Source of the DNA: Mobula hypostoma
Lineage: Eukaryota
Length of the DNA stretch: 64,000 nt
NCBI RefSeq assembly: GCF_963921235.1
Contig: NC_086109.1
Location: 8,806,001-8,870,000, forward strand
Reading direction: 5' to 3'
Positions 60,801 through 64,000 of the stretch are shown piece after piece. The translations under genes were made by a program, and so were the position numbers. Below the pieces are notes generated by a model that saw only the letters and a program-made list of their open reading frames with translations, made no database searches and had not been told where the DNA came from. Positions within the stretch are counted from its first letter, which is position 1; each line of letters opens with the position of its first letter.

Positions 60801-63800
60801 CACCTTTGTCATGGACAGGAGTCTATTTTAAAACAAGTCTGTAATATTTGACCCCTGATCAGAACTTGGGTGCAGTTTTTGTTTTTAATCTTCTAGACCA
60901 GGGGTTCCCAATGTTTTACAGACCATGAACCTCTTACCAGTGACCAAGGGGTCTGTGGCCAACGGGTTGGGAGCCCCTGCTCTCTATACAGTGATTGGTA
61001 TTTTAAAATACACTTGTTCTTAGATGGATTTAATTCAGAGTAACACACACACACACACACACAATGGTGGAACTCAGCAGATCAGGCAGCCTCTATGGAG
61101 AGGAATAAACAGTTCACATCTCAAGCTGAGGCCCTGCTCAAACATTGACTGTTCACTCCTCTCCAAAGATGCTGCCTGACCCGCTGAGTTCCTCCAGCAT
61201 TTTGTGCGTGTTGCTCTGGATTTCCAGTATTTGCAGAATCTCTTACGTTTTGGATTTTAATTGAAGCCTTCTTCGCCATCTGCTTTTATTTAAGATGCCT
61301 CTATGGATAAAGTTTGAGTGCTTCTTACTAGCTTCAGAAGAAGTTTATAGGTAGCACTAAACACTGGTGTGAATGTTGGGCCCAGGACTTAGTAATTTTC
61401 ACTTGCAGTTCCTTTGAATTTTGCATTGACTGGAAACTGATTTTCCTTGTTCCGTTCCCCACCCGTTTTCCAGAAATATTTCCTGCACTGAGCATGGAAC
61501 GTCAGATTTCTTCATAAGTGAATGAAAGCAGGCAATAATGTGTACATTGCTTTTACTTTCCAAGCACTGCATTAATAATTGATTATTACTCTTACCTAGT
61601 AACAGAGACTTGCTTGACTGTTCCAAAGTACTGCAGGAATTTCCGAACAAGGGATATGCAGGGATTAGTTTTTGAGGTGGAAGGGTGCTGAGATTTTGCG
61701 ATGCAAATTGCAACTCATGGGATTGTAAGAAAATTGGTTTGTATAAAGAAATAATACTTAGCGATATAAACCAGGTGGGAACTTACAGGTGCTAAACATG
61801 ACAGTAGACGTTTTGTTTCATTTATTGTAAAAGAATTAATAATTCTAAACTTAATCTGATAAACCAGCTTGTTGAGTAACTTGCTTTTTTTTTTGATCCC
61901 GCACTCTATGCAGGGAGTTAGTTTTGGTCCTTAAATAGTTTTTGACTTGTGTTGTACTACGGCCGCCATTAAGAAATTAATTTTATTTTAAAGTGCATTG
62001 TTTCTCCCACTGGTGAAACCTTTGAAGGGGCATTTGATTCTTCAGTGGAGCACAGTACTAGCAGGGATAACGAGCCTGTTCTTTCCAATGTGATACATTG
62101 CAAACAGTATCGTAGATTCCCGTTACACGTGTGTACACATTTACTTTATACTTTAACCCACAGCGCTAAATTAGCAGACACTTCAGCTGAAACTACTTTA
62201 TGGTTCAGAACTTCATGTTGAAAATACTGCAGATTTAATCCTTGATACTGTTGAGGCACGAAGCTCTTTTCATCCATTGAGTCTTCCAGTGTCAACAAAG
62301 CAGCAGGCAGGGGGTTCATCTCCTGAGGACGTGCTGTTGAGAGTGGACCTTTGCGCCAGCCAACGGGATTGCCCTACTGACGGGGATTGACAGAGCAAAC
62401 ATTTCCGTGTAGTGACACAGAATTCTTCCGCAGACAGCAAAAAGTATGTTCTCCCCGTTACCAAAGTTCTCTTAGATGCTGAAATCTAATCCGCAAGCAC
62501 TACTTCCACTGGCAGCTCGTTCCGCACGCTCACCACCCTCTTGGGTCAAGATGTTTTCCCTTAAGTATTTCACCTTTCACCCTTAACCTAACAGCTCCAG
62601 GTCTAATCTCACCCAACCTTAGTGGAACAAGCCTGCTTGCATTTATCATGTCTGTAGTCCCTGCACATTGTCCTGTATGGCATGTACATAAGTTTTTTTT
62701 AAAAATCCTGGAGAGGAGGTCAAGAAAATGATGGAAGATCTCCATATCTTCTCTGGTGAGGCTCTCTTAATCTCTAAGCCAAAGGTACAGAACCTTCAGA
62801 GGGAAGCAGTTAATATATTAGTTGCATCACACGGTGTGAATGAACAATTCTTCTCTATTTCCTGGGGACAACCCGGCGGCTCCACAAGTCAAAAAATGAA
62901 AAACCCTTTCCATTTCTCCTTATCACAGTGCTTTTAGTAAGTTTTATCTGCTGATGTGCTCATAACAATATCATTTCTCATAAAAGACTGTTGCTTTCAA
63001 GAAAAGTGGAGTCTCATTTTTTAAGAAAATGGCTGTAAATGGTACATAAATTAGTCAGCCAGTGTGAACTCTGGTTCTCGAGGTTGATGCCTGTATTGAA
63101 CTTTGTTGCTGTTATTGCGTATGGTAAAGGAATAGTTTTTTGTTGTTTTTTTTTCTGCTGCTAAAAGGGGCCAATGTTTTACATTCTATTTTCCTTGAAT
63201 TGTTTATTGGAAGTTGCTGCTATTTTTATTTTCATAGGTAGATTTGCGCATGGAATGCATCTGGTTAACTATTAAGGGCAAGGCTTTCAACTTGAGTTGG
63301 CCATGGTAGTGGGCAGTCTTTCATCTAACTCCGCAGGTTCCCATCCTGGGGTTCATGGACTCAGCGAATCGTGGGGGTCCACAGCGTTAAAAAAAACCCT
63401 GGTCTAACCTGTTGGAAAACCCTCAGATATTGAATATTGCAGTGGACTTCCACTGAGAGGAGAGGGGAAACAACTTTGGCCTGAAATAATCCTGGGTACA
63501 AACTATTAAAAGCACTCATATTTACATATGATAATGAGTACCGAGTACTAAACACAGCATGACCTTCACATCCAGACACCACTCTGGAACATGTTCAATG
63601 AATTTTGTCTCAGTCTTAGTTTTGATGAAAAGAAATATAATGTTTTTGCTGCTTACGTTTGTTATAAATAAAATGGGGCTTAGAATTTATGACAACGTTG
63701 ATGTACTCCAATTCCTCTAAATTTAACTTTGCTCTGCTTTATTTCTGTGTGTAGCTACTTCACGTACAAGTCTCAGGTAATTATACACTTACACGCCATT

Positions 63801-63910
63801 TCTGCTTTGGGTTTTAAGATCACCTTTAGTGTCTAGTTTGTAGTTCTTGAGGTGAAGTTTGATGTAAGTGCTGTCGATGGGCAATAAATCACCTGACTTT
63901 GCCCCAGGTG
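57869..63910 (+). other. Putative long 3' UTR of the cyclin D gene
   Basis: miR-19 8mers at 58540 and 58677, miR-15/16 sites at 63156, 63215, 63647, AATAAA at 60082, 63667, 63883 (last followed by a GT/T-rich tract); the end is inferred. Confidence 0.55.
63883..63888 (+). terminator. Candidate distal polyadenylation signal
   Basis: AATAAA with downstream GTATCTGTCTGTTTTGCCTTTTGGTGTTTT; alternative AATAAA at 63667-63672. Confidence 0.45.
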
Positions 63911-64000
63911 CAAGTTGACTGTCTTCAGTATCTGTCTGTTTTGCCTTTTGGTGTTTTACTAAGCATTAAACGTTTTGGAGTTCAGACTATGAGGTATCCT

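Noticed and set aside
1..64000. Remaining short ORFs in the supplied track
   Set aside because: They map to TE fragments or low-complexity DNA and show no coherent protein similarity or exon structure

Overview
Eukaryotic (vertebrate) genomic DNA. The repeat repertoire suggests a cartilaginous fish, probably a ray (inference). The window holds one complete protein-coding gene on the + strand: a five-exon D-type cyclin, most likely ccnd3 (CDS exons 17758-17955, 19000-19215, 32374-32533, 36044-36186, 57716-57868; 870 nt, 289 aa, all GT-AG introns). It has a CpG-rich, motif-dense promoter and a probable ~6 kb 3' UTR with miR-19 and miR-15/16 seed sites. The rest is largely transposon debris: Gypsy pol, Penelope-like (GIY-YIG) elements, CR1 and Rex1/Babar LINE 3' ends, Vingi/RTE-like non-autonomous elements, tRNA-derived SINEs, Tc1 and hAT elements and MITEs. 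Most notable: (1) minimal hammerhead-ribozyme motifs in the Penelope terminal repeat, with many solo or fold-back copies, the copies lying sense to the cyclin pre-mRNA all being damaged; (2) three TGACTCAA-N9-TGCAA composite sites at an exact 53-bp period upstream of the promoter; (3) a composite element bracketed by two palindromic mini-MITEs, present twice; (4) diverged local duplications that retain regulatory motifs. Repeat family names are from recognition of motifs, not database searches; many repeat boundaries are approximate, and not every SINE/LINE fragment is listed.
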